Virus record (IMG/VR): IMGVR_UViG_3300033120_000711 | Reading direction: 5' to 3' (one strand) | Length of the DNA: 64,000 nucleotides | From: an uncultured virus (IMG/VR IMGVR_UViG_3300033120_000711) | Lineage: Duplodnaviria > Heunggongvirae > Uroviricota > Caudoviricetes | Shown here: positions 37,858-47,100 of the stretch, in pieces | Layout: each line of letters opens with the position of its first letter | Numbering within the stretch: the first letter of the stretch is position 1 | Program-made: the position numbers and the translations under genes | The notes under the pieces: generated by a model | What the model was told of the DNA's origin: nothing | The model's database searches: none | What the model saw: the letters and a program-made list of their open reading frames with translations, nothing else

Positions 37858-38274
37858 CTATTGCGTTCGTATCTCTCCCCTCTTGATCATTTTATCGTGT
37901 ACTTTACAAGCCGCCTTACAGTGAAGTGGAACGGTGAACGTATTACTCTCAATTGGTTCTGAGCTTAAGAACGGATGAAGCCTGCAAACTTCTGGACGGG
38001 CATCGTAGATCTTACATCTCTTGTTTTTAAGATCATAAAACTTACAAGGTCTATCGTGCTTAATAATTAGTGTTCTTCTGTTTGCAGGATTAATTTTACA
38101 ATGTCTTTTTGCGGCGACTTTCAATGATTTACCAAAATAGTCCGCGATTCTTTTTAGGTCCTCCATAGTAACATCTATAGGAGCACATTGAGTGCAACAG
38201 TTTCCGCAATTAGTACATTCAAATTCTTCTTGAGCCTTTAATCTGGCCGCGTAAGTAGCATTTACATAGTACAT
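37858..38274 (-). CDS. YkgJ-family CxxCxxCC Fe-S/zinc cluster protein
   Basis: CTNCGNCC...PCKF...CKIY..RP.VCR..PF. Confidence 0.85.
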   Translation of the reverse strand: MYYVNATYAARLKAQEEFECTNCGNCCTQCAPIDVTMEDLKRIADYFGKSLKVAAKRHCKINPANRRTLIIKHDRPCKFYDLKNKRCKIYDARPEVCRLHPFLSSEPIESNTFTVPLHCKAACKVHDKMIKRGEIRTQ

Positions 38275-38277
38275 AAG

Positions 38278-38592
38278 TTACCTCAAAATCTTCCTTATCT
38301 TTTCTATTCTTTTTCTGAACTTCTCTCTAGCTTCTTTTGAACGCTTATGCGAATTTTCTATTTCAGTTAAATCTTTTTCCAACATTTTAGTTATTCTTTC
38401 GTTGTTTAATCTTTGTCTTTCTTTCTCAAGGTCTTCTATTTGATTTTCTATTTCTGTTGGAATTTCGTTCCAGGAAATTAATACTCTATCTAATGTTTGG
38501 GATCTCCAAATAAGAGGATGAATGTCGATAATTTCATCTCGGATTGAAGGGGCAAGAAATCCACCTACGTATGATATATGATATTTAGTCAT
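38278..38592 (-). CDS. Hypothetical protein
   Basis: Translationally coupled ORF with a coiled-coil C-terminus. Confidence 0.55.
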   Translation of the reverse strand: MTKYHISYVGGFLAPSIRDEIIDIHPLIWRSQTLDRVLISWNEIPTEIENQIEDLEKERQRLNNERITKMLEKDLTEIENSHKRSKEAREKFRKRIEKIRKILR

Positions 38593-39020
38593 TTTAATTC
38601 CTCTATAATATTATCAATATCATTCGTTATTAGATCTGCAAATCCATACATAGTTTCAAATTCACCATTAACAAAACTATTAGGATAATAAATTATGGTT
38701 TTCTTCCCCTTTCCCGCTGCATATCCAAGTTCTAAATGTGACGATCTACCGCAAGGCATTATCATTATTACGACATCTGCCAAATCAATTTTTTTCTTAT
38801 CTTGTTGAAAGGCTTTTTGAGTTCTCCAATCTTTAAGAAACGTTTTTGCGTTTAAATTTAATAGGATTTCTTGTGGTAGTTCTGTCCAACTGAATACGAA
38901 TCTTCCATTAGATGGGTCAGTAAAATTATCTACTTCGTGGCCGATATTAGATAACTCTTCTGCTACCATATTTATAATATTCCTATTCTTCCAAGAAGAA
39001 GCTAAATAAATTTTGGTCAT
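38589..39020 (-). CDS. Nucleoside 2-deoxyribosyltransferase-like protein
   Basis: KIYLASSW...D...I..AD......P.G.S.H.E.GYA.G.GK. Confidence 0.75.
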   Translation of the reverse strand: MTKIYLASSWKNRNIINMVAEELSNIGHEVDNFTDPSNGRFVFSWTELPQEILLNLNAKTFLKDWRTQKAFQQDKKKIDLADVVIMIMPCGRSSHLELGYAAGKGKKTIIYYPNSFVNGEFETMYGFADLITNDIDNIIEELK

Positions 39021-39385
39021 TTATATAACCTTAAATTTCCCGTAATTTTATTTATGTTCTCGTTAAGATCTGGTCCAATTCCTATGCAGGTAAGAGTATT
39101 TGGTTCGAGTTCCGTAAGGCCGAAATCATAAACAACATATGATGGAATTCCAAGTTTTATACATTTTTCTTCTAATAGTAATATGTTTTCTTTTGTGCTT
39201 TTAAGTACTATCTTTCTAAAGCCCTCATTAAACCAATTTTCTAAGGTTGCTTTAGGAAGATATCCTTTAGATCCATGTATAGATCCTACGCTTGCGTGAG
39301 CTACCTGAACGGCTAATTTTCCGGGCGACATTTCAAGGTCTTCTCGAACAACAATTACTTGTTTATATAGAAACTTAGAAGTCAT
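39017..39385 (-). CDS. pth2: Peptidyl-tRNA hydrolase Pth2
   Basis: KQVIVVR.DL.MS.GKLA.QVAHAS...W...G..KIVL...D.GLTE......T..GIGP...ITG.L.L. Confidence 0.95.
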   Translation of the reverse strand: MTSKFLYKQVIVVREDLEMSPGKLAVQVAHASVGSIHGSKGYLPKATLENWFNEGFRKIVLKSTKENILLLEEKCIKLGIPSYVVYDFGLTELEPNTLTCIGIGPDLNENINKITGNLRLYK

Positions 39386-39438
39386 GTTTTCTTCCTCAAT
39401 TAGTATTTGTAATTCCCCGTATCTCTTTTTCAGATTCT

Positions 39439-39873
39439 TTAGTCATATTCATAACTCAGTCTCTCTATTTCATCTATAATGTTATTAGTGGTTTTATTCC
39501 TTAGCGTATTTATTCTTTCTAATGCGCTTGTTAAATCTAGTAATTTTTTAATATTCTCTGGAGGAACTTTTTTACATTCTGGACATAAGTAAAACCAAGC
39601 AATTCTATAATCATCTGACTGAGGCGTAGTTCCACCATATGTATCTTCATCTCCGCGAACTCCTACCTCAAATTCGAGGATATCTTTATGTCCACAACAA
39701 GAATGTTTTCCACATCCAATACATTCTATTAACTTATGTCGAACTTTATTTCCACAGGTATCACAGATATAGTATTTAACTGGTACATCACAAATTACAG
39801 TCTCTGTTACTGCCGGAATCAAAGGTTGAATTACTTTTAATTTTTCTCTCTTTTCTATAACGGTTTCAATAAT
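39439..39873 (-). CDS. Zinc-finger protein, probable ATT start
   Basis: CDTC..C..CG...CC..H...CPEC; GGAGG 7 nt upstream of ATT 39873. Confidence 0.5.
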   Translation of the reverse strand: MIETVIEKREKLKVIQPLIPAVTETVICDVPVKYYICDTCGNKVRHKLIECIGCGKHSCCGHKDILEFEVGVRGDEDTYGGTTPQSDDYRIAWFYLCPECKKVPPENIKKLLDLTSALERINTLRNKTTNNIIDEIERLSYEYD

Positions 39874-40029
39874 AGGTATTCCTCCTATCTAAATTTTTTT
39901 ACAGATTCCAAAATATCTAAATATTTCATCTTCGACCTTTAACCTATTAAACCTAGAAATAAAACAAAAATTAGAATAGTAGGGATTCCAACCACTACTT
40001 TCCCAGTCTGACAAACATAATGCTTCAAA

Positions 40030-40491
40030 TTACTCATTCTTTCTAATCTCCTCTCTTACTTGCATTAAAAGTTTTCCAAGCGTATTTTGACTTCCTGGAA
40101 GTGCTCCGCCCCAGAACATATCGGTAGGAGAGTTTTCTATGAGAATTGCGTCACCAGTCCAAAGAAGAAGATATTTAAGGGTATCATTTCTTAGAAACTT
40201 GTCTTTAAGACCATCTAGCATAACTGCAATTCTTCTCGTTTCCCAATCGGAAACCATATCTTTTTCTTGAAGTGATCTCCCTGCTTTCATAGCTAACCAT
40301 GCAGATGGCGCGGTTCTGATCCACTCTCTAATTTTAGAATCTTTTGCTTTTTGAGATTGATAGTAGTGTTCGTTTGTCGGATAACTTAGATTACTTCCCA
40401 TAATATCTTGGTGATATTGTATGTTTCTCCAAAAATTAGATAGAAATCCATACGGCGCTTCTCTTATGTAAAATCTTATTTCTTCGGGCAT
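40030..40491 (-). CDS. NADAR family protein
   Basis: PYGFLSNF...YPT.EHYYQ.QK...W......VM..GL..KF...LL.TG...L.E.SP.D.FWG...N.LGKLLM.VR. Confidence 0.92.
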   Translation of the reverse strand: MPEEIRFYIREAPYGFLSNFWRNIQYHQDIMGSNLSYPTNEHYYQSQKAKDSKIREWIRTAPSAWLAMKAGRSLQEKDMVSDWETRRIAVMLDGLKDKFLRNDTLKYLLLWTGDAILIENSPTDMFWGGALPGSQNTLGKLLMQVREEIRKNE

Positions 40492-40560
40492 CTTGTGTTT
40501 TCCTCCTCTTATACACTGTAATATACAAATTTGATAATGATTGTGTTCGGAAAGGGGAAA

Positions 40561-41085
40561 TCAATCCCCTGGAAAATTAAGACAACAAAATTTGCCAAAG
40601 AATTCTTTAGCGGCTTTGTCATACGCGCGGGCCGCGTCTTCTTCGGAGTCGAAACGACCTAAAAATATTCGTCGTTTATTGATTTGAATTCGAACCTTCC
40701 ATTTGGAACTAGATTTTTCCCAATCAACCCCTTTATATCGACTTGTTTTTGCCACATTATTGGTTCTGCGATTATATTGGTTTTCACCAAAACTAACAAG
40801 ACGCAAATTATGCCTCCTATTATCTAAACAATCGTGGTTGATATGGTCTACGCATTTATATTCTTCAATAGGATGACCTAATATTCTCTCCATGATGACA
40901 CTATGTAAATTAAGGGTTTTTTGTGCTTTCCTCCCTTTTCGCTCCGATGGTAACTGTCTAGAAACGTACCACAAGTCTTGGTTGTATCCACTTTTTCTGA
41001 CATACCAATTTTTAATAGTTAAGTCTACATCTTCGTCGTCCACCAAGGCTATTTTCCCTTGAGTTAATTTTATTTCACAAACCAT
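40561..41085 (-). CDS. HNH-AP2 homing endonuclease
   Basis: VDHINH..LDNRR.NLR plus SRYKGV.W....W...I......LG.F..EEDAARAYD.AA. Confidence 0.92.
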   Translation of the reverse strand: MVCEIKLTQGKIALVDDEDVDLTIKNWYVRKSGYNQDLWYVSRQLPSERKGRKAQKTLNLHSVIMERILGHPIEEYKCVDHINHDCLDNRRHNLRLVSFGENQYNRRTNNVAKTSRYKGVDWEKSSSKWKVRIQINKRRIFLGRFDSEEDAARAYDKAAKEFFGKFCCLNFPGD

Positions 41086-41088
41086 CTT

Positions 41089-44000
41089 TTACTCCCCATT
41101 CCAGAATGTCCCTTTCGCGGTCACATTCCATTTTCCGCGAATTACTGATCCATACATGGGTAAAATCCCTCCGCGGTCCATAATGGCACCATATGTTATT
41201 TGCCCCACGTTATTTACACACTCAATCGAGGCGAATCCGTTCCCCGCTTTAGAGGTCCCATAACTTACATTTGTAACCAAGAATTCTCTAAGTCCTAAGG
41301 TCTCTATGTCGCCTTCCAATCCTCTCAGTACGTTTTTAGACATTTCATCTTCTACATTACCCATCCACAGTATTTGTAGTTTTCCCTCTCTAACTTCTAT
41401 ATGGCCCCTGTTCATATAAAATGGGTGGAGACAAAACACCAATGGATTCTTTTGTTCTCCTTTAATTATCGCGTCCACAATTTCCTTATGCCTCCTCGCG
41501 ACTACTGCGGACAAGTTTAAGGTAACTCTCGATGTTCCATCTTCATGATTGAGAACATACGAAGTGTTGCCATTGGTACTAAACGCTTTATGATCATAGA
41601 CCCACCCCACAGAGAGAAATGCTTTATTTTCTACGGACTCAGATTTGAGATAATTTAAAGGTTTTCTATACTGATCCCACGGAGTTTTAGGCAACTCTTC
41701 GTATGATCTAGGCCAAGGGAGGGATTTTCTGAGCCTGAACATCTTTTCTTCCTCTGACCAATCGTCGCTTGTATTCGGTTCTGAGGACCATGCCCATAAA
41801 GTGTTCTTAGTGAGTTCCTTGCCACTTAATAATTGCTTGCGATTAGACTCTACTGAATCTAAATAACCCACCTCTACGAGCGTTTGGTAGACATTCTTTT
41901 TAATTTTCTTTATCTTGTTAAAGTCGTTTCCTGCGGCAATAACTTTTTTTATCTCTTCAGGACCAATTCCTTTTACTTTGTTTAATCCTAAATAAATTAT
42001 ATTTTTATCTTTGTTAAATGTAGTTAATTCTGAAGGAGATTCTATACTTGGAGGTTTAATTTCTACTCCTGAATCTAAAGCTTCTTTTACGAAGGCTAAA
42101 GACTGGGTTTCGTCGGATTCTACATTAATTAAAGATGTATAGAAGGCTAGTGGGTGATACAGTTTTAACCATGCTGTCCAATAACCGAGGATGGAATATT
42201 CAATAGAATGACTTAAGTTGAAGGAATAGCGTCCAAACTCAAGAATCTTAGTAAATAAATTATCAAATTGTTGTTTTGTAAAATCATTTACCAAAGCACC
42301 CAAACAAAATTGCTCTTCTTTTTCTTTTAAGGCATCTCTTCCTTTACTCTTAGCGATTAATTTCATAAATTTTTCAGATTCAACCATTGAAAAATTACCA
42401 ATCTGATTTGCAACTTCCATTATTTGCTCTTGATAGCAAATAATACCATATGTATTCTTAGTAATTGATTCTAATTTGGGATGGTCGTAAGTCCAGTCCT
42501 TTCCTCCTTTTCTGTCCACATAATCAAAAGACATTCCAGAGTTAAGAGGACCTGGACGACATAATGCATTGGTTGCTACTAGATCGCTGAATTTATCAGG
42601 ATTTAAATGTCTTAAATAATCGGTTACTAATTGAGACCCAAACTGAAAAATTCCGGCAGTTTTACTTGACTTAAGAAGTTCAAATATCTTTGGATCTGCG
42701 TAATCCTCTGGTAAATTATTCCAATCTAATCCAGAAGATTTAAGTGCTCCATCTATTATATCTAATACGGAAATTCCTAAAACGTCGAATTTAATTATAC
42801 CTAAACTCTCTAACATGTCTTTTTCATAAGAAGTTGCTAGACAATTTTTAATATCTCCTTTATCGTATGTTTCAGTTGGAATGGTGTTTTCTAAGTCCTT
42901 ACAAATTACCACTCCTGCTGCATGAAGTCCTACATGTCTAATTTTTCCTTTCAATTTAACGGCAGCATCTATTACGTCTGGATACTTTTTTGCGAACTCT
43001 GCGGCGGTTTCTGATGTAAGAATTATATCCTCTATTTTGAGATTTTCTGCTGTTTTAGTGGAGAGTTCTTTGTTAAATTTATTTACTTCAGAAAGAGGTA
43101 CATCGTAGATTCTGGCTACATCTTTAATTGCAGACTTATCAGACCACTCGCTGAATGTCATAATATAGGATACGTTTGTTGGTCCATATTCAAGTCTAAG
43201 GCTTCCAATTATACTTTCTCTTTTCTTGGCACTAAAATCCATGTCAATATCAGGAGTCCTCGTTGGGCTTAAGAACCTCTCCCATAAAGTATTAAATCTA
43301 AGGGGATCTACTTTTGTGATTCCCAATAGATATGCAAGTAAAGATCCTCCTACTGAACCTCTTCCCGGACCTCTTGGGATGTTATGAGAATCTGCATAAT
43401 CAACCATATACATTACTTTATCAAAGTAGTTGAAGAATTTTCTGGAAGTAAGTAGATCTACCTCTTTTGTTATTCTTTCGTTTACTGTTTGAGGGTCATA
43501 TCCATTTTTTTCAATATAACCCTTAATATCAATTCTATCTAATATCTTTTGTCTGGCTTCCTCTTCATTTCCGGGCAAAGTATCATATAGATTTGACGGT
43601 AATTCAAAAGTACACTTGTCTGCTACTTCTAAAGTATTCGCGAATAGCTCTTCCATAATGGGATAAATTTTAGGGTGATTGGATTTTAAAAGAGATTCTA
43701 TTTGGTTGCAAGTCAGATTACAAAACGTATCATCTGAAAATCCAATCTTATCCGTAATCTTTTTTCTCCATTCGTTTGCTTTTACCAGATCGTGATAATG
43801 TTTATCTTCTGGAGAATTGTAATGAGAATCGGTAGTGATTATAGGTTTAATATTATATTTTCTAGCAATATTAATTATATATTCATTGAATCTAACTTGC
43901 TCGTCTAATCTGTTCGGCATTATTTCAATGTAGAGATTTTCTCCGAATGCTGCTTGGAGTTTTTGAATTATTGGTTCAGGATTATCTCCTCTCTTCCACC

Positions 44001-45054
44001 TTTGGGCTATTGTGCCACTAACGCAAGCTGTACTGCAAATTAATCCTTCGGAATGTTTACAAACTTCGTCTAGTGGAATTTTTTGAAACACCTTATTAAA
44101 TACTTTATGAGTATGCTCTTTTGCAATTGTATGAAGTTTTAGAAGATTTTTATAGCCTGTTTCGTTTTTAACAAGTAGAACAAGGTGACTCTGTTTTCTT
44201 TCAGACTCTTCTATGTAAGCTTCTAGTCCGATAATAGGTTTAATTCCTTTTTTCTTTAAGGCGTTTTGAAAATAGGGAAGACCAGAAAGAGACCCGTGAT
44301 CTGTTATAGCACACGCTTTAAAACCTTTTTTAGATAGGTCTTCTGCCATTTCATCTTGAGTCCTGAAAACATCTCCAACACTTCCATGTTCAGAATGAGT
44401 ATGCAGCAGGACATACCTTTGTTCTTCTGATGGACCACTTGGTAACGTATTATCTGGTTTTAAAAGGTTGGGTTGTAGGTTCCCGATAGTGGCTTCCCTG
44501 CCTTTACCCACTTGTCCATCCCCAAGAAAAAAGTTTACACGCTCGAAGGATTTTATATAGTCCTCAATTTTTACGGCTCCGCGCAAGCAGTAGCTTGGAT
44601 GGTATAATCCAATAAACCTTCTACCGTTATTGTCTTTTAGGGTATGGCCTATGCTTTCTGAAATCTTCCTATCGGGGAAGAAAAAATTCAAGGCCGTAGC
44701 TCCGAGGCACACAACAAGTTCCGGATTTAATAGATCTAATTGTTGCTCCAACCAGGGCTTACAAGCCGCAACCTCTTCTGATGTTGGTTTTCTGTTTTCG
44801 GGTGGCCTGCATTTTAGAATATTAAGGATGCAAAAATCTTTGATACCATTTTCCGCTATGCAGCGATCTAGTAGCAACCCCGATCTCCCAACGAAGGGCT
44901 TCCCCGCTACGTCTTCTTCGGCTCCAGGGGCTTCTCCTATTATGACTATTTTTGGAGTCTGTGAACCTCTACCGACAACGACATTTTTTCGAGTTTCGCA
45001 GAGTCCACATTTTTTACAGGTTTTAATTTCTTGAGATAGTGTTTTGAGATCCAA
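41089..45054 (-). CDS. dnaE: Family-4 uracil-DNA glycosylase fused to DNA polymerase III alpha (family C)
   Basis: N-terminal C..C.LC, GEAPG, PFVG.SG, KCRPP.NR, HPS; then PHP domain (HTHS, DH, DSH), GPGRGS.GGSL, RF, PDIDMD, HAAG, KFDVLG, YQEQ.M, Y.FN.SH. Confidence 0.93.
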   Translation of the reverse strand: MDLKTLSQEIKTCKKCGLCETRKNVVVGRGSQTPKIVIIGEAPGAEEDVAGKPFVGRSGLLLDRCIAENGIKDFCILNILKCRPPENRKPTSEEVAACKPWLEQQLDLLNPELVVCLGATALNFFFPDRKISESIGHTLKDNNGRRFIGLYHPSYCLRGAVKIEDYIKSFERVNFFLGDGQVGKGREATIGNLQPNLLKPDNTLPSGPSEEQRYVLLHTHSEHGSVGDVFRTQDEMAEDLSKKGFKACAITDHGSLSGLPYFQNALKKKGIKPIIGLEAYIEESERKQSHLVLLVKNETGYKNLLKLHTIAKEHTHKVFNKVFQKIPLDEVCKHSEGLICSTACVSGTIAQRWKRGDNPEPIIQKLQAAFGENLYIEIMPNRLDEQVRFNEYIINIARKYNIKPIITTDSHYNSPEDKHYHDLVKANEWRKKITDKIGFSDDTFCNLTCNQIESLLKSNHPKIYPIMEELFANTLEVADKCTFELPSNLYDTLPGNEEEARQKILDRIDIKGYIEKNGYDPQTVNERITKEVDLLTSRKFFNYFDKVMYMVDYADSHNIPRGPGRGSVGGSLLAYLLGITKVDPLRFNTLWERFLSPTRTPDIDMDFSAKKRESIIGSLRLEYGPTNVSYIMTFSEWSDKSAIKDVARIYDVPLSEVNKFNKELSTKTAENLKIEDIILTSETAAEFAKKYPDVIDAAVKLKGKIRHVGLHAAGVVICKDLENTIPTETYDKGDIKNCLATSYEKDMLESLGIIKFDVLGISVLDIIDGALKSSGLDWNNLPEDYADPKIFELLKSSKTAGIFQFGSQLVTDYLRHLNPDKFSDLVATNALCRPGPLNSGMSFDYVDRKGGKDWTYDHPKLESITKNTYGIICYQEQIMEVANQIGNFSMVESEKFMKLIAKSKGRDALKEKEEQFCLGALVNDFTKQQFDNLFTKILEFGRYSFNLSHSIEYSILGYWTAWLKLYHPLAFYTSLINVESDETQSLAFVKEALDSGVEIKPPSIESPSELTTFNKDKNIIYLGLNKVKGIGPEEIKKVIAAGNDFNKIKKIKKNVYQTLVEVGYLDSVESNRKQLLSGKELTKNTLWAWSSEPNTSDDWSEEEKMFRLRKSLPWPRSYEELPKTPWDQYRKPLNYLKSESVENKAFLSVGWVYDHKAFSTNGNTSYVLNHEDGTSRVTLNLSAVVARRHKEIVDAIIKGEQKNPLVFCLHPFYMNRGHIEVREGKLQILWMGNVEDEMSKNVLRGLEGDIETLGLREFLVTNVSYGTSKAGNGFASIECVNNVGQITYGAIMDRGGILPMYGSVIRGKWNVTAKGTFWNGE

Positions 45055-45059
45055 TTAAA

Positions 45060-45584
45060 TCACCCAGATTCTCCATATTCAAAACGAGCAGACCGCGCGC
45101 GGTTGATAGCATCCTCTGTAAAACAAGATATGTTTCCTGCGGCAATTTCAAAACATTGTAGCGCAAATCCTGAAGATGTGATTAACCATTTTCCTAGTTT
45201 TTGCGGATGCTCGATATCACTGTACCATCCGTTATTACCAGATCTATGGCACCAAAAGGTTTCTTGATCGCCAGGAACTCCTATAAACATCTTGCAAGAG
45301 TGATTTGTTAGTTTGGACAATCTTTTAATCTTTTCAAATTCAATTTCTTCTGGCATTGAGCCTTTAATCTCTACGAAGTTGCCAGGATTTTTATATTCTT
45401 TATGCCAATTAATTGATACAAAAAAATCAGGTAAATAATATCCAAGTTCTTCAAGATCATAACCTTCAGGTTCATATTGCCATTTAGCTCCAATAGCATC
45501 AAAATATACTGCCCATCTAGCTTCTAAGCGCGATCTAAAACGATAACCTTTGTAATGGGTTTCAATAGCTTTAATCTCTTTCAT
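45060..45584 (-). CDS. PD-(D/E)XK nuclease-like phage protein
   Basis: FRSRLEARWA..FD....W.YEPEG...YLPDF...VEIKG. Confidence 0.75.
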   Translation of the reverse strand: MKEIKAIETHYKGYRFRSRLEARWAVYFDAIGAKWQYEPEGYDLEELGYYLPDFFVSINWHKEYKNPGNFVEIKGSMPEEIEFEKIKRLSKLTNHSCKMFIGVPGDQETFWCHRSGNNGWYSDIEHPQKLGKWLITSSGFALQCFEIAAGNISCFTEDAINRARSARFEYGESG

Positions 45585-45617
45585 TTATTCTCCCCTGCTT
45601 CGTTTCTTAATAATAGT

Positions 45618-45627
45618 ATAAATAGTT
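45618..45627 (-). promoter_or_regulatory. Early-type TATA promoter AACTATTTAT (also 51944-51953, 54040-54049; variant 54214-54223)
   Basis: The same 10-mer occurs on the minus strand upstream of several gene starts. Confidence 0.5.
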
Positions 45628-46726
45628 ATTCCTCTCTATTTCCTCGCGAGCAGTTACAATTGAAACATTCTAAACAGAATTTTTTTTTGAGAGATTCGGG
45701 CCAGCCTTGGGCACGGAACCATGCCAATAGTGCAGACCCTTTCTTCTCCCCCTTTTTTCTTCGCTCAGCTCCGTCATTATGAATATGAGAAATTGTGAGG
45801 AATTTTAGTTCCGAAATTCCGCAATGGCACGGACCGAAGAAGGCAAAAGCTTCTTTCCAAAGTTTGGCCTGTCTACGTTGGTCGCGTGTTTGGTCTTTTC
45901 TTGGTAAATCTAAATATCCTCTAGATCTGGAACAATTATGGTTATAGCAAAGAACTCTTAAATTATTTAATTTTTCTTCCTTTATCGTTCCTTTGACTAT
46001 TGCTCGATACATCGTTGATGCATATAAACCATTTTTTTTATCTAAATAACCAGAAGAATCTATGTGATCAATAGTTAAAAAGTTTAAATTGGTTACTCCA
46101 CATATTTTACATATACATCCTCCTAATACTTCTAATGCCTGTCTTTTTTCTTTTTTTGCACGAACTTTTTGTAATTCAGATATTTTTTCTTTATTCCTTT
46201 TTCTATAAGATTTAGAAATAGCAGAAGATCTTTCTCTGTTGCTTTCTCTCCATTTTCGCGTCCTATTAAGTGCCCTTTCTTTATTATTTTCATACCATCG
46301 CTTTATTGACTCTTTAACCTTCTCTTTATTATTTTCTCTATATATTTTATGTCGAGCCTTATCCTTTATTTTTATTTTTTCTCTATTCTTCTCTCTATAT
46401 ATCTTTGCGTTTGTTTTTATTTTTTTTGCATTAATTACATATCTTTCATGGTCTCTTTCTGCTAATTTTTTTTTATTTTTATCTCTATATTCTAAATTAT
46501 ATGCTTTCTTTTGCGCTTTATTTTTTTCTTTATTTTTATCCAAATATTCCCTCCTTTTGGTCCGCTGGACATCTATATTGAACCAATAACTTATTGTTCT
46601 ATCGCTCACCCCACATTCCTTCGCTACTTGAGCCTGCGTCTTTCCCAGCGCATTTATCTGCTCGTCAAGCCACGCCTTGTCTTTATAAGGTTTTAAATCA
46701 CCTGCTCCGCTAACCAAAATAAACAT
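45626..46726 (-). CDS. HTH plus tandem HNH-like endonuclease
   Basis: N-terminal TQAQVAKECGVS..TISYW HTH; two HNH-like repeats homologous to ORF 12466. Confidence 0.7.
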   Translation of the reverse strand: MFILVSGAGDLKPYKDKAWLDEQINALGKTQAQVAKECGVSDRTISYWFNIDVQRTKRREYLDKNKEKNKAQKKAYNLEYRDKNKKKLAERDHERYVINAKKIKTNAKIYREKNREKIKIKDKARHKIYRENNKEKVKESIKRWYENNKERALNRTRKWRESNRERSSAISKSYRKRNKEKISELQKVRAKKEKRQALEVLGGCICKICGVTNLNFLTIDHIDSSGYLDKKNGLYASTMYRAIVKGTIKEEKLNNLRVLCYNHNCSRSRGYLDLPRKDQTRDQRRQAKLWKEAFAFFGPCHCGISELKFLTISHIHNDGAERRKKGEKKGSALLAWFRAQGWPESLKKKFCLECFNCNCSRGNREE

Positions 46727-46763
46727 CCTCCAAAAAAAATTAAGTTACTGTAAAATTTTAGGT

Positions 46764-47066
46764 CTAATTGTCTAATCCCAAAAGTTCTTTAATATAATCC
46801 GCGTCTGGATGAAATTCTCGAATCAGCATATTAATTTGTTTTTGTTGCTTCGCAATAAGATCTTCGTTCTTTTTAATTCTATTTTCTATTTTTTTTCTTA
46901 ATTCATCCCTACTGGTCACTAAATCGTTTATGGCTACAATAAGTCTAAACAATTTCTCTTCTAGATCTATCTCATTCCAGTCTATTCCATTTATTCTACG
47001 AGATTCAAATATTCTTATTTGTTGCTTCTTCCAATTTTCGTAAAACATTTCTTCGGGTCCGTTCAT
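46764..47066 (-). CDS. Hypothetical coiled-coil protein
   Basis: AGGTGA RBS; 100-aa ORF. Confidence 0.55.
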   Translation of the reverse strand: MNGPEEMFYENWKKQQIRIFESRRINGIDWNEIDLEEKLFRLIVAINDLVTSRDELRKKIENRIKKNEDLIAKQQKQINMLIREFHPDADYIKELLGLDN

Positions 47067-47100
47067 ATTTAAATCACCTTAAGCATATATTCTGGAAATT

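Noticed and set aside
32713..45054. Inteins or introns in terL and dnaE
   Set aside because: Motif spacing is normal, with no intein splice-junction or LAGLIDADG signatures.
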